Virus record (IMG/VR): IMGVR_UViG_3300029904_000009
Coordinates: 2,378 to 66,377 of that record
Reading direction: 5' to 3' (one strand)
DNA length: 64,000 nt
Origin: a virus
Shown here piece after piece: positions 45,401-56,448 of the stretch. A program made the position numbers and the translations under genes. A model generated the notes under the pieces. That model saw only the letters and a list, made by a program, of their open reading frames with translations. It searched no databases and was not told where the DNA came from. Positions within the stretch are counted from its first letter, which is position 1. Every line of letters begins with the position of its first letter.

Positions 45401-48400
45401 TCTAAATTTAGTCCAGACAAACCCTCTTTTGTAAGGTTAGTAATTAAATCCTTTGCAGCGATTTGAGCATCTCGTTTGTCTGTTTTCAAATAATCCAAAC
45501 TTAATTTACGGAGTTGCTGGAGATTTTTGCCTTGTTTTTGAAGTTCAGAATTTATCTTTTGAAGATTACGGACTTTTGCTGCACCCCAAGCATCATCTTG
45601 TGCATCACTTAGAGCATCAACAGATCGTTGAACCTAATCAATAGAAGATTTAATTGTTGCATAACGATCCTTTATTGGGTCATATTTAGATGCTTTTTTA
45701 GCGGAATGCTTAGGCGCAGAGCCGCTGCCTCCGCCTCCTCCTCCAGTTTTTGGCTTTGTACTACCGCCTCGATAATTAGTGGGGGTAGGAGGGGTACTAT
45801 TACCAACTTTCTACCTACCAGAACTAGTTTTAGTAACACCAGTACCAGGTTTTAATTTATAAGAAGTTACAGGAACTTCTTTTTTCGTCTCTTCAGTTTC
45901 TTTCGTCGGCACATAATCCCAAGTAGGGATGCTCATCGTCGCCATTGTGCCGCTTTCAATAGTAACTTCTCCACTTCCTGATGTTATTTCTGCATTTAAA
46001 GTTTTTGTTCCAGTTTGCTAAACGCTCCAAGAAGTCTATTCATCTTTGCCATCTGCTTCTACCGTAGTAGTATCTGCTTCTGCATCAACGCCAATTCCTT
46101 CAGCAGGGATCAGGTCCTCTGCGGTTAAAGGTTCAATATTTAAATTATTGCATAACGCTTCAATTTTTGCCATATCAGTACCACAAGCGGCAATCATGGC
46201 ATTTAAAGCATTATAAAATTGCGTCTCATTTAAAGGAATTTCTATACCTGCGCCATAATTTCCTAAAACATCCTGCATCTACTATATATAGGTAGAAATA
46301 GTTGTTGGATCAAGACCTTCTAAATCAAGTTCTATAATAGCGTTTTCTTGTAACTAATTTAAAGCCTCAGCAGCCTCTTCAGCAGAACCGGTTAATACTG
46401 TTTCTAGTAATTCCATATTCTCAGCACTAGCTAAGAAATCATCGCTTAAAGAGGATCCATCTACATCCAATAAATCAGAATAAGCAGAGCGCATATCATC
46501 CATAGAATCAGAGAATTTCTAATAATCTTTAATTGTTCCATTGTCATCCCAAATATCTTTCCAATCTTCAAGATTGTCTCCTGCCGTCTGTAATCCTTTA
46601 GTAAAACGAGCCTATTCTTTAGCAACTTCATTCATTACATTGTCATTTTCTAATAAAGCCTCTGAATATTCTTCTTCTCCAGTTACTGCATCGTCTTGCG
46701 TCTCAATTAGCTATTCAATCCCTTCTCTATAAGCAGATAAATCATTATAATCAAGACCGGACTCTTCCATATCTCCCTAAATTCTAGTTGCATCTTGCAT
46801 AGCTTCAATTTTTTCATTTTCTTCAGCTAATTCTTTTGTTTTATTTTTCCATTCATCTGTTAAATCTCCGCAATCTTTAATCGCTTGTGCGATAGCCTAA
46901 TACTCAAAAATAGAAAGATTATCCTTCTCTAACCCTTCTTGCCAATTTCTCATCTCTTCAGCATGATCATCTCCATATCCTGCAGCCTCTAAATACTATA
47001 ACTGTTTATATACATCGGCATTATCAGACCCCGGTCCAAGAGTCGCAGGCCCAATCAATCCTTGAAGAGGATTTGCCATCTAAAATCCCCATTGAGATTT
47101 TGAAAGTTCTTCAAAATTGTAAGAATCAGCATTGTCTGCCATATACTAAGTTTGCGCCATTCTCTCATTATTCTACATTGCTAACTAATTATACTGAGAC
47201 ATTGCTTCATTCGACATTAATTGTTTAAATTCTTGGGCATCTCCAATTAATTGATAGGTGCCATCTGCCATAAGCTAAAAATACTCTTTACCTTTTGCAC
47301 TTAAAGAATCATATTGCTCCTAAGGAATAGTATCTCCAAAATTAATTTTTGCAATTTCAGCAATAGTTTTAAAATGTTCTTGCGCGCTAGTAAAATCAAC
47401 CTATGCAGCTTCTTGCATCAAAGCAATTAATTCTGGCAATTTATCTGTTAAATCATCAGTAGAAACACCCATCTCTTTTAATTTTTCAGTTAATTCTTCT
47501 GGAGTAATATTTGACCAATCTACATTATTTAAAGTCTTTACTACATCATCTAATTCAATACTATCATCGGTTAAATTATCTCCAATCTAATCAATAAAAT
47601 CATTTAAAAATTCTCCGCCTTCTGATCCACCAGCAGTAAAAACTTTCTTAACCATTTCGGCATATTCTTTCTAAGCATTTAAAGAAACATCACTTAAATC
47701 AGCATTATTAAATACCTATTTTGCTCGTCTTGTTAAATCTTTACCAATAGAATCAAAATCTTTAGTTGAAGCATCAAAACCTGCTCTAATATCCTAAATC
47801 AATTCCTCCGAACTCTCTCTACCTAAATCTTTAGCCAATTGCTCTAAATCATCAGTATTAAATAACTCTTTTAACCAAGTTTCCATCTAATCGTCGCTAT
47901 AAGCTGAATAAGTATTTATTTCTCCTTCGGTCATCTCATTAAAATTACCAGAGCTTAAAAAGTCAATAAATTCTTCTCCTCCAATACCTTCAACACTTTC
48001 TCTTCCTAATTGATTTAATCTTTCTGATACAGTATCTGCAGTAGCTCCTAATCCTTCAAGGGCTTTTTGAGATGCCATAATAGCCGCCAGCTCTTCGGCT
48101 CGAACTGTTTTAACCTCTCCGTCTATTTTAAATGCAAACTCTCTATTTGTGTCTGTTCCCCGAGCAAAATTACTATCCGCCTCAATTGTCTAATCATTCA
48201 TATAATCTCTATAAGCCTATATAATCTCGTCTTTAAAAGCTCCTCCTTGACCCCATAAATCACCAATTTTGGCAAAATTGTCATCCATCTTCTTCTTAAA
48301 TTCATCTTGATACTATTCTTGTTGTTTAGCTAAAATATCACCAACAACATCTTTGTCATCCGCAGAGTATTCATCTCCAAGCATCTAATCCGCCATTATC

Positions 48401-51400
48401 TAAGAAGAAGCTTTAATCTAATCGGAAGCTTCATTTATAGACTCCCCATATAAATTTATATCATTTTGCAACTATTCTAATTCTTCTGCTGTTCCATCAA
48501 AAGAAATACCTGCATTATCAAGTGCGGCTTTAAAATCTTCTGGAGAAGTTGCTTCCATTAAACTCTATAAGTGTTCATCAATTTTTTCCTAAACTTGCTC
48601 ACTACCATTAAGACCTAAAAAGGAAGCTACAGTATCTCCCATATTACCTAAGCTACCTTCAACATTATTTATATTTTTTGCAATACGTCGTCCTTCTACT
48701 CTTCTTTCAGCTTCTGTTAAATTCGCTTGTCCCATAGCAAAAGCATAATCTGCCTAATACTACTCATTATCTATCTATTTCTAAGCCTATTTTAATTTAT
48801 CTTCATCGATTTTTAATAAGCCGTCAGCATCTCTTTCATATAACCCTGCAACGCTTATTCCTAAAGATGATAGGGTGCTAATTAAATTCAAAGCTTGCTC
48901 ATTAGCATTTTTTAAGGCTTCTGCAAATTCATCTGTACCTCTTTCACAGTCCTCTAAAGTCGTAATAGCCTAATCATAATTTTCAATAGATGATTTTAGT
49001 TCATCCGCTCTTCCTTTAGCTTCTTCTGCACCTTCCGCCAATCCCTGAGCCGCTTCCTTGGCTTTTTCTAATTGAGCTTCTGGCTGGACATTTCTCCATT
49101 CAGTAAAATTATACACTAATTTTGCTGTGGCGGCAACAACCGCAACTATTGCAGCAGCGGCAATCCAACCTGCTGGCCCTGCACTGGCTAAAGCACTTCC
49201 TAATTTGGTGACTACTCCTGTTAATTTAGATCCAGAAGCTGCTGCTCCGGCCATAGAAGAGCCTAGTGCCGTAGTACCTTTTGAGGCACCAGCCGCAGCC
49301 GCTCCGACTCCAGTAATTTGTGCTACTTGAGCACCAGTAGCTCCCTGAGCAGCAGCGCTCCTTCCAGTCGAAACTATTGAAGTACCATCTAGCCCAGCGC
49401 TAGTAGCCATATTTCCAACGGCATTCCACTTTTTTGTTGAGGCGCCCTTAAGACCTGATAATTGACCTTTACTAAATTTTCCTGATCTTACCGCTGCCTA
49501 ATATTTTTGTTCAGCAAGCGTTGCCGCTGTAATTGCCGCTGTTAATTCAGCATAATCTTTAGTTAATTCGTCTGTGTCTTTACTTGCCCCTTTCATTGTT
49601 GCTCTTACAGTTTTTAAAGTAGCAGCCATGGTCTTAAATTGAATTATTGTAGCAACAATATTTGGAATCATTAGTAATAATTGAGCAATAATCGCTCCCC
49701 AATTTATTTCGTCTTGATCTAAAGCATTTCCTAAAGCCATAAATTGGAAAACTAACAAACCAGTATTTGAAGCAAGCTATAATAACTATTGACCAAATAA
49801 CTAAACACTAGATCCACTTAACTAAAATGCTGCAGATACTTGTTTTGAGAAATTAGAAGTATCTTTCAAAGCAGCAGTTAATTTTTGCTACTACTCTATT
49901 ACTTCCGGTATTCTCTAAGCGTAAGCTGCAATTGATTGCCCTAACCTTGTATTTCCCATTCCAGCATTTTGAGCTGCAGTTGAAATTTCATCTAAAATAG
50001 GAGACAAAGTCATCATATTTCCAATGAAGCCTTTTAATCCCTATTTGCTTGTCTAAACTGATAAAGCTTCCAGCTCTTTTACTAATCCAGAAGTTCCCGG
50101 AACAGCCTAAGCAACAGATTTTGCCATCATCGTCATGCCATCAGCCATTTTCTGAGGGGCGGCAGAATCAATTCTAGACATACCCTGTTCAACTTGACTT
50201 AATCCCTATAATAATTGGGCCTAAGCCTACATTGCTTTTGCTGTTTCTTCGTCTTCTCCATTTCCAGATTTTCGAGCTGCCTACTATAAAGCGATGGCTC
50301 TTCTTTCCATGGCTTTTGCAATCTATTCCTAAACCTATGCTTCTGTTCTACTAGTGCGCAAATTGTTTATCGATTCAAAGGCAATCTACTAATTAGTATT
50401 TAAAGCCTATTTTAACCATTCAACTTTATTTTTCGCTTCTTGAGTTCCTGTTTTTTCTATTGCATTAATTTCTGCCTAAGCCAAAGCTATATCTTTTGTA
50501 ATACGTAATTTCTGTTGATCATACGCATTGTTAGCTATTGCATTAGTAACATTATTTGCGTTTGCTGGTCTAAAGTGAACACTTTGGACACTATTCATCA
50601 TGGCTTCACTATCTCTTCTAATTGCTGCAAGCTAATTATCTAAAGTTAAAGAATCTTTCCATGAATTCCAAGCCGCTTTAATATTATTGATATACTTTAA
50701 TAGATTTCTAGACAGATAAAGCCCAATAATAGTTAATATTCCTGGGATGCCACCAATTGAATCTAATATTACATCAATAGTATTACCTACTTGCTCTAAA
50801 CCGTTATAAAATCCTTTTAAAGTATCTTCTTCAAAAATATTACTAAAGGCTCTAGACCAAGCTTCTGCAGAATTTGTCATAGCAGAATCTAAAGAATCCA
50901 GAGATGTTAAATATTGTTTTTCTAAAGTTTCTGATCCAGATTCTGATAAAGCAGAATTATAATTAGCCATAAATTTATCCCAATTATTAAATAATGCTAA
51001 TACTTGACCAAACTATCTCGTTCCGCCGATTGCTTCTGCTAAAGCTATCTACTATTTCTAAGAATATTCTTCCCAACGATTTCCTAAATCTAAAATAGTC
51101 TCACCCAAAGGAATTAAATCACCATTAGTATCTAAAATCTAAACTCCTAAATCAGCTAACTGCTAAGAGACTCTACCTAAAGTTACCTCTCCATCTGTTC
51201 CACTGGATACTAATTGATCAAAACGGGAGAAAATAGTTTTATATGCATTACCGATAACTGAAGCAGATTGCTAAGTAGTATCACCAACGGTAGCAATAAT
51301 CGCCGCCAGCATATCGTATTCAACATTCATTTGAGAAGCCGCTGAAGCAGAAATCTACATAGCAGTCGCTATATCTTTAAATTCAACTGCTGTTTCAGCA

Positions 51401-52194
51401 CCCATTCTAGCGCCTACAGAAGCTGCTCTCTCTAGCTATTCTCCCTACATTTGATAAGTATTCCATACGGCAGTTAATTGCTAAGACATTTCTTGAGTTG
51501 ACTGTCCAGCTGCCTAAGCCGCTTTAATTGTAATCTAAGAACGACGCTCTACTTCTTCGTCGCCTAAACCTTGTTGATAAAAAATCTAAGCCGCATAAGC
51601 ATAATCATCAGCAGCGACTCTTAATTCCTTAGCATTTTTAATAACCGAATCAAAAACCTACTACATTTCAGAAGCACTCTTACCAGATACGATCGCAATG
51701 GTATTTAATTCAGAATTTAGCTCTTTCACCCAATTAACCGCTTGGCTAATTTGAGATGCAACAAATTGTTGTATTTGCGCAGCAGCGGTAAATTTAACAG
51801 ACTGAGTCATAACTCTCTACATTTCTTTTATTTTAGAATTGATATTTATTAAATTTCTATTTGCTGTAGCAAAGGTAGTTAAAAAAGAATCCAAAGAATT
51901 TGAAAAAGCAGGACCAGCTTTTGCCAAAGTTGATACCAACTAGGAAGCGCTAGTCCCTGCTTTCTAAAGTTCAGTATTTAATGAAATAAAAGAAACGCCT
52001 TTCTCAGTTGTGGCTTTTTTAAGGGCGTTCTCTAAAATTTTTGCCTACTTTACCGCTGCGGCAATTTCATCAGACATCCCTTTTCCAGCAGTTGGCATAC
52101 TAAAAGCGTGCTAAATTTCTTTTTGAATTAAATTTAGCTAGGATTGTAACATTTTAGTATCTGCTGAAAATCCTATCTAAAAATTAATTGCCAT
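42478..52194 (-). CDS. tail tape measure protein (TAG=Gln, TAG-dense)
   Basis: ATG 52194 with GGAGG to TAA 42478 in one frame (3238 aa). TP901-like core (AAIIATVGDTT..SASVIGNAYKTIFSRF), Ala/Gly-rich and coiled-coil segments. All ORF fragments share the frame. Confidence 0.85.
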
Positions 52195-52213
52195 TATTTC
52201 CCCTCCTTAAATT

Positions 52214-52780
52214 TTATTTATCGGATTTCATAGCTTCATTGTTTAACTCAAACATTTTTAAAATTTTATCAATATCAGGATCCTCTTGAAGGATGGATTT
52301 AATAGTATCAACTTCCATCAACTGTCCCATTTTTTCATTTGAAATCTTGTCTAAAATACCCGCGGCACTGTTGTTATAAGACATAAGTTCATGAATCGTA
52401 GTAGAGAAGTTTCTCGCGATAAAATTTAATTCTTCTGGATCAATTAATTGTTTTACTTCTTCTACAAGGTTTGTTGAAAAAATAATATCATAAGATTCAT
52501 ATACTTCTGAGGGAGTGCAATTTGGAGATTCAATAAAACTTAAATCTAAATTTGTAAAAAATTTAATTATAGCAAAATTCTCCATTACTTCCACGAGCGG
52601 GGTACTAACAAAAGTTCTATCACTAATACTGTAGTTAATCCCCCATTGAATTAAATCCATAAGCTGTTCAAAAGGAATTCTTTTTTTAACCTCAACAACA
52701 ACATCTCCCTTTTGAATGTACCCAATTTGAGGCTCTTCAATGGGTCCAAGATTTGCAAGTTTAATTTTTTCAATAGCCAT
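52214..52780 (-). CDS. putative tail assembly chaperone
   Basis: 188-aa helical protein immediately upstream of the TMP gene; no TAG. The call is positional. Confidence 0.5.
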   Translation of the reverse strand: MAIEKIKLANLGPIEEPQIGYIQKGDVVVEVKKRIPFEQLMDLIQWGINYSISDRTFVSTPLVEVMENFAIIKFFTNLDLSFIESPNCTPSEVYESYDIIFSTNLVEEVKQLIDPEELNFIARNFSTTIHELMSYNNSAAGILDKISNEKMGQLMEVDTIKSILQEDPDIDKILKMFELNNEAMKSDK

Positions 52781-52806
52781 TATAAGGCCCTCCTTTTACT
52801 TATTTA

Positions 52807-53964
52807 TTATTTGGTTAAAATACCAGGATTATAAAATCCTTTTTGTAAATAAAAGTTAAATGTAGTAGTATCCCATTTAGGGACTTTCCCTTTTTTTCTC
52901 CTTGTTGCGCTCTACTACACAATCTATTTTTCTGGTACGTCGATATCTCCCATTGGTTCTCCTGCTGCGGCGAAAACATATTTAGTCCCTTCCAAATATG
53001 AACGCCATTCTTTTTCTCGAATAATTTCCATAAGAGTATCTATATCTTGTGTTAAAGATACCTCTAATCTTCCTCCAGTATAAAGGATATTTCTTCCAAT
53101 AATAATCCTTTTATTACCCTAAACATTATAGCTTCCTTTATGTAATAAATAATTAAATAAAGCCTCTTCTGATTTACTAAACTCATTATTTAATACATAA
53201 CCCATATATTCTTCGAGGCCAATAGATCTTACATTTGCCACCCATTTATACTATGGAAGATACTTTTTATCCTAGTCCCAAAGCTAATCATTATTTAATC
53301 CTTTAAGAAAATCTTTAAATCTCTTCTAAAATTGTTCATCAGTAAAAGTAAACCATCGTATTCTATTAGGATTAGAGTAATATTTTAATTCTAATATGCA
53401 ATTCCCTAATAAAAGGTCACCAGTAGGATTTGATCCTGCCACCGTAGCTAAAATAGTCTAGCACATTTCAATTCCTACATTTTCTTCTAATATTCTTGCC
53501 GCTTCTTTTGCTGTAATCAAAATATCCTATTCTGCCTATTTAACATATTTATTAGTAGTAAAATCCTTAAAAAATTTCATACTAAAACGCTACAAAGAAA
53601 ATGCCAGTGTAGGAACGGGAGTAGCATCATCTTTATTTACATCTAAAGAAGGAAAATGCTTTTTTACTAGATTTAAAAGTTCTTCATAAACACACCACTC
53701 AAAATATCTTCCTACAGCATTATCCCAAGAACCTCCTGCAAAAGTAGAAATATTTACTCTGCCAATATTCCCATTCTCTGCTCCTCTATTTATCCTTTCC
53801 AGTATTTTTTCTGCCCAATCAAACATTTTATTAGTTTTTACATTAATTGCTCCATTTAATAAATTTACTATTCCAGTCATATCTACGATTTCTTCTCCTG
53901 CATTTATGGCTTTTTGCAAAACAGCTTCATATTCTTTTTTAAATTGAGCTTCTGTAATTGCCAA
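52807..53964 (-). CDS. hypothetical protein (many in-frame TAG)
   Basis: TTG 53964 after AGGAGG. I read the frame through to TAA 52807 and found only TAG interruptions. 385 aa. Confidence 0.7.
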
Positions 53965-54020
53965 ACGCCTTCTCCTCCTTTCCACACCTGGCCGGCGTTT
54001 CATATTCTACCTAATATCTA

Positions 54021-54045
54021 ATTTTATAATATTAAAAATAAAATT
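54021..54045 (-). promoter_or_regulatory. candidate phage late promoter motif, copy 5
   Basis: On the minus strand AATTTTATTTTT-AATA-TTATAAAAT, upstream of the tape-measure operon. Confidence 0.55.
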
Positions 54046-54064
54046 TTCTCGCTACCCCAGTCGT

Positions 54065-54093
54065 TTGACATAAAAATATTTTTATGGTATAAT
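54065..54093 (+). promoter_or_regulatory. sigmaA promoter containing a perfect 18-bp palindrome
   Basis: TTGACA-17-TATAAT with an extended TG; CATAAAAATATTTTTATG at 54069-54086. Confidence 0.9.
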
Positions 54094-54123
54094 ATAGATA
54101 GAAAATAGGAAAGGAGCAATCAT

Positions 54124-54306
54124 ATGATTGAAGCCATAAAAGTAATCGTTAGTCTTGTCCTTTCGATAGCCCTTCTTTGCGGTACGGTATTCATTTTGAT
54201 GAATTTTCCACTGATAGTGCTGGCCGTTGGCTTAATTGCCATAATCGGCCTCATGATTTGGGGCTTGACCTTCTTCATTTATGAATTTCTTTTTGATAGG
54301 TGGTAA
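54124..54306 (+). CDS. small membrane protein
   Basis: 60 aa with two hydrophobic segments; AAGGAG RBS. Confidence 0.7.
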   Translation: MIEAIKVIVSLVLSIALLCGTVFILMNFPLIVLAVGLIAIIGLMIWGLTFFIYEFLFDRW

Positions 54307-54308
54307 GT

Positions 54309-54428
54309 ATGATTGATTTTCTGTGTTTTATTTTTGGCCTGTTGATGGCCGGCTGCGGCGTGGCTATGCTTATCGCGCTCGGCGTTTTGATGGCGTTTCT
54401 GATTAAGTCTTTCAAGGAGGACTGGTAA
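54309..54428 (+). CDS. small membrane peptide
   Basis: 39 aa, MIDFLCFIFGLLMAGCGVAMLIALGVLMAFLIKSFKEDW; TAATG overlap with the next gene. Confidence 0.55.
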   Translation: MIDFLCFIFGLLMAGCGVAMLIALGVLMAFLIKSFKEDW

Positions 54429-54592
54429 TGGTAAATAAATGGGTAAAGATCGCCGTCCATTATGCTACGACATTTGCGGTTGGCGCTATTGCTACTTGGC
54501 TTTTCAAATGGACGGCGGCTGAATGGCTAATCTACTTTGTGTTCTGCGACCTGTGGTACATTCTGAGAGAAACGGGGGATGACGATGATTAA
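54428..54592 (+). CDS. small membrane peptide
   Basis: 54 aa, hydrophobic; translationally coupled start. Confidence 0.5.
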   Translation: MVNKWVKIAVHYATTFAVGAIATWLFKWTAAEWLIYFVFCDLWYILRETGDDDD

Positions 54593-54878
54593 GAGTTTAT
54601 GGTGGAGCTTTCGGCGCAATATTGAAAGGCCGCTGATGACACTCGTGGCGGCGCTAATACTATGCGCCATCGTTGGTATCCCGGCCGTGCTTCTTACCTG
54701 GGGTTTTTGCGCCATCCCAGAAAAAGTGCAGTATTACATCTGCGTTGGGCTGCTTGCCCTGTTCGTCTTAACGGTGGTCGGCATCGTCATCCGTTCTATT
54801 TATAAATTTTGTAGGAGGGTGTGGCGTGAGGCTAAAGAAGATTACGAATGGCATAATAGCCATTCTATTGATGATTAA
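54579..54878 (+). CDS. membrane protein
   Basis: 99 aa with two hydrophobic segments and a basic C-terminus; GGGG RBS. Confidence 0.65.
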   Translation: MTMIKSLWWSFRRNIERPLMTLVAALILCAIVGIPAVLLTWGFCAIPEKVQYYICVGLLALFVLTVVGIVIRSIYKFCRRVWREAKEDYEWHNSHSIDD

Positions 54879-54897
54879 CTTAGGAGGTTGTAATAAC

Positions 54898-55671
54898 ATG
54901 ATTGATATTCGGAACGCCAACAATGTAATCGCCGGCGCTATCCCAAATGAGATTACCGCCGATTTGATGGCTGATTGGTTCAATACCAAAGCGAATGAAG
55001 CCGACTGTAAGCTAAGCGTGCCGCTCATGATGTTGGCTGAGCTGTTCCTTGAAGAAGGCGCCATCGAAGGCATCCGCGGCGACATTGCTTTCTGCCAGAG
55101 TATCAAGGAGACTGGCTGGTTCCGGTACGGCGGCCAGGTGCTTCCGGAGCAGAACAATTTTGCAGGTATTGGCGCCACCAATAACAGCCCAGTGGGGAAG
55201 GGCGCTTGGTTTAAGACTGCAAGAGACGGCGTTCGGGCGCAGATCCAGCACCTGAAGGCGTACGCCAACAAAGAGGCGTTGGTCAATCCTTGTATTGATC
55301 CGCGGTTCGGCCTTGTGACAAGAGGCGCCGCCGGCAATAAGTGGACTGGGCTGAACGGCCGCTGGGCGGTACCTGGCGACGGCTATGGCGAGAGCATCTT
55401 GGCGCTTTGGGAAGAGATGTATAACTACTGCGTCGAGAATGAATATGAAGTCGAGGAAGGACCAAGCGCCTGGGCTGAGGACAGTTGGGAATGGGCACAA
55501 GACACCGGGTTGACAGACGGCACTAATCCGCAGGGTAATCTGACGAGAGAGCAGGCCGCCGTGATGCTGGAACGGCTGTATAATGTGCAGAGGAGGGACG
55601 CCATCTTTGCGCATCTGGAGGCGGCCAAGAGCCTGCTAAGCGCAGAGGAGAGTTTGGAGGACTTCATTTGA
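54898..55671 (+). CDS. GH73 glucosaminidase-type peptidoglycan hydrolase with C-terminal SLH-like domain
   Basis: ATG 54898 after AGGAGG. IAFCQSIKETGWF, NNFAGIGAT, GVRAQIQHLKAYA and GRWAVPG.GYGESI; SLH-like WAEDSWEWAQDTGLTDGTNPQGNLTREQAAVML. Confidence 0.85.
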   Translation: MIDIRNANNVIAGAIPNEITADLMADWFNTKANEADCKLSVPLMMLAELFLEEGAIEGIRGDIAFCQSIKETGWFRYGGQVLPEQNNFAGIGATNNSPVGKGAWFKTARDGVRAQIQHLKAYANKEALVNPCIDPRFGLVTRGAAGNKWTGLNGRWAVPGDGYGESILALWEEMYNYCVENEYEVEEGPSAWAEDSWEWAQDTGLTDGTNPQGNLTREQAAVMLERLYNVQRRDAIFAHLEAAKSLLSAEESLEDFI

Positions 55672-56288
55672 AGCGTTTCGTGATTTGTTTGGCGGCGACC
55701 TTTAGCGTAATCTTTGGCAGCGTGCTGTGGTTTCATGTAATGAAGCTGATATTCGGCCCTGCGAATGCCTTCGTGTATGCCATGATGGAGCTTGCTGCTA
55801 TTACGATTGCGGGTATAGTTTGGGCCTTTTGGAATTTGATTTCTCCCGAAAAGGAGGAAGAAGAGAAAGACTAGACCGTAAGGATTGAGCTGATTGGGCA
55901 AGATTTGTTCAAGTACGAAGGCGACAGGATTGAAAAGGTTGGTGCCATGTGGGAAGCCAAAGATTGGATGAAGCCGCTCATGGAGAAAAATGACTGGGAC
56001 CAATGTATGGCGGCCATTGAGAATAGGAATAGAATGCAGACCATTCGGAAGTTGGCGCGGCAAATGGATTATAGAGAAGCGCAAAAGGAAAAGGCCGTGA
56101 CGGAAGTCGAGCTGAGAAGTAACTTTGCCGCCGATACTTACGAGTTGATTGTAAAGTATGAAGATGGTAGCGTTAAGATTCAGCCGATTGATCCGATGGC
56201 GATATTTGAGTATGGTGGAGTTGGTAAGTATTTGAAGGACTTGGAGAGACGATTGGGTCTTGAGTTCGAGATTAAGACGAATCTATAA
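55668..56288 (+). CDS. membrane protein with two N-terminal TM segments; single in-frame TAG (68-aa or 206-aa forms)
   Basis: TTGA-coupled to the hydrolase. TAG 55872 is in frame with ORF 55905-56288, which has no RBS of its own. Confidence 0.6.
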
Positions 56289-56448
56289 AATGCCGAACCG
56301 TGTCGTCAAAAAAATTGAAGCGGTCGGGTTTTTTGTCCGCGCTTTTGCTTTAGCGCGTTAAAGTGTGAAAGACCCATAACCATTCCCCGGGCTTCCAATT
56401 CTTACCAGGGGGTAGGTGGCAAGCAGTCAATAAAAGATTCCTTAGGCT

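Noticed and set aside
20576-53964. Interpretation as a decayed prophage or pseudogene field
   Set aside because: The interruptions I read are all TAG, with no frameshifts or TAA/TGA. They fall at Gln-like positions, and starts, RBSs and true stops are intact.
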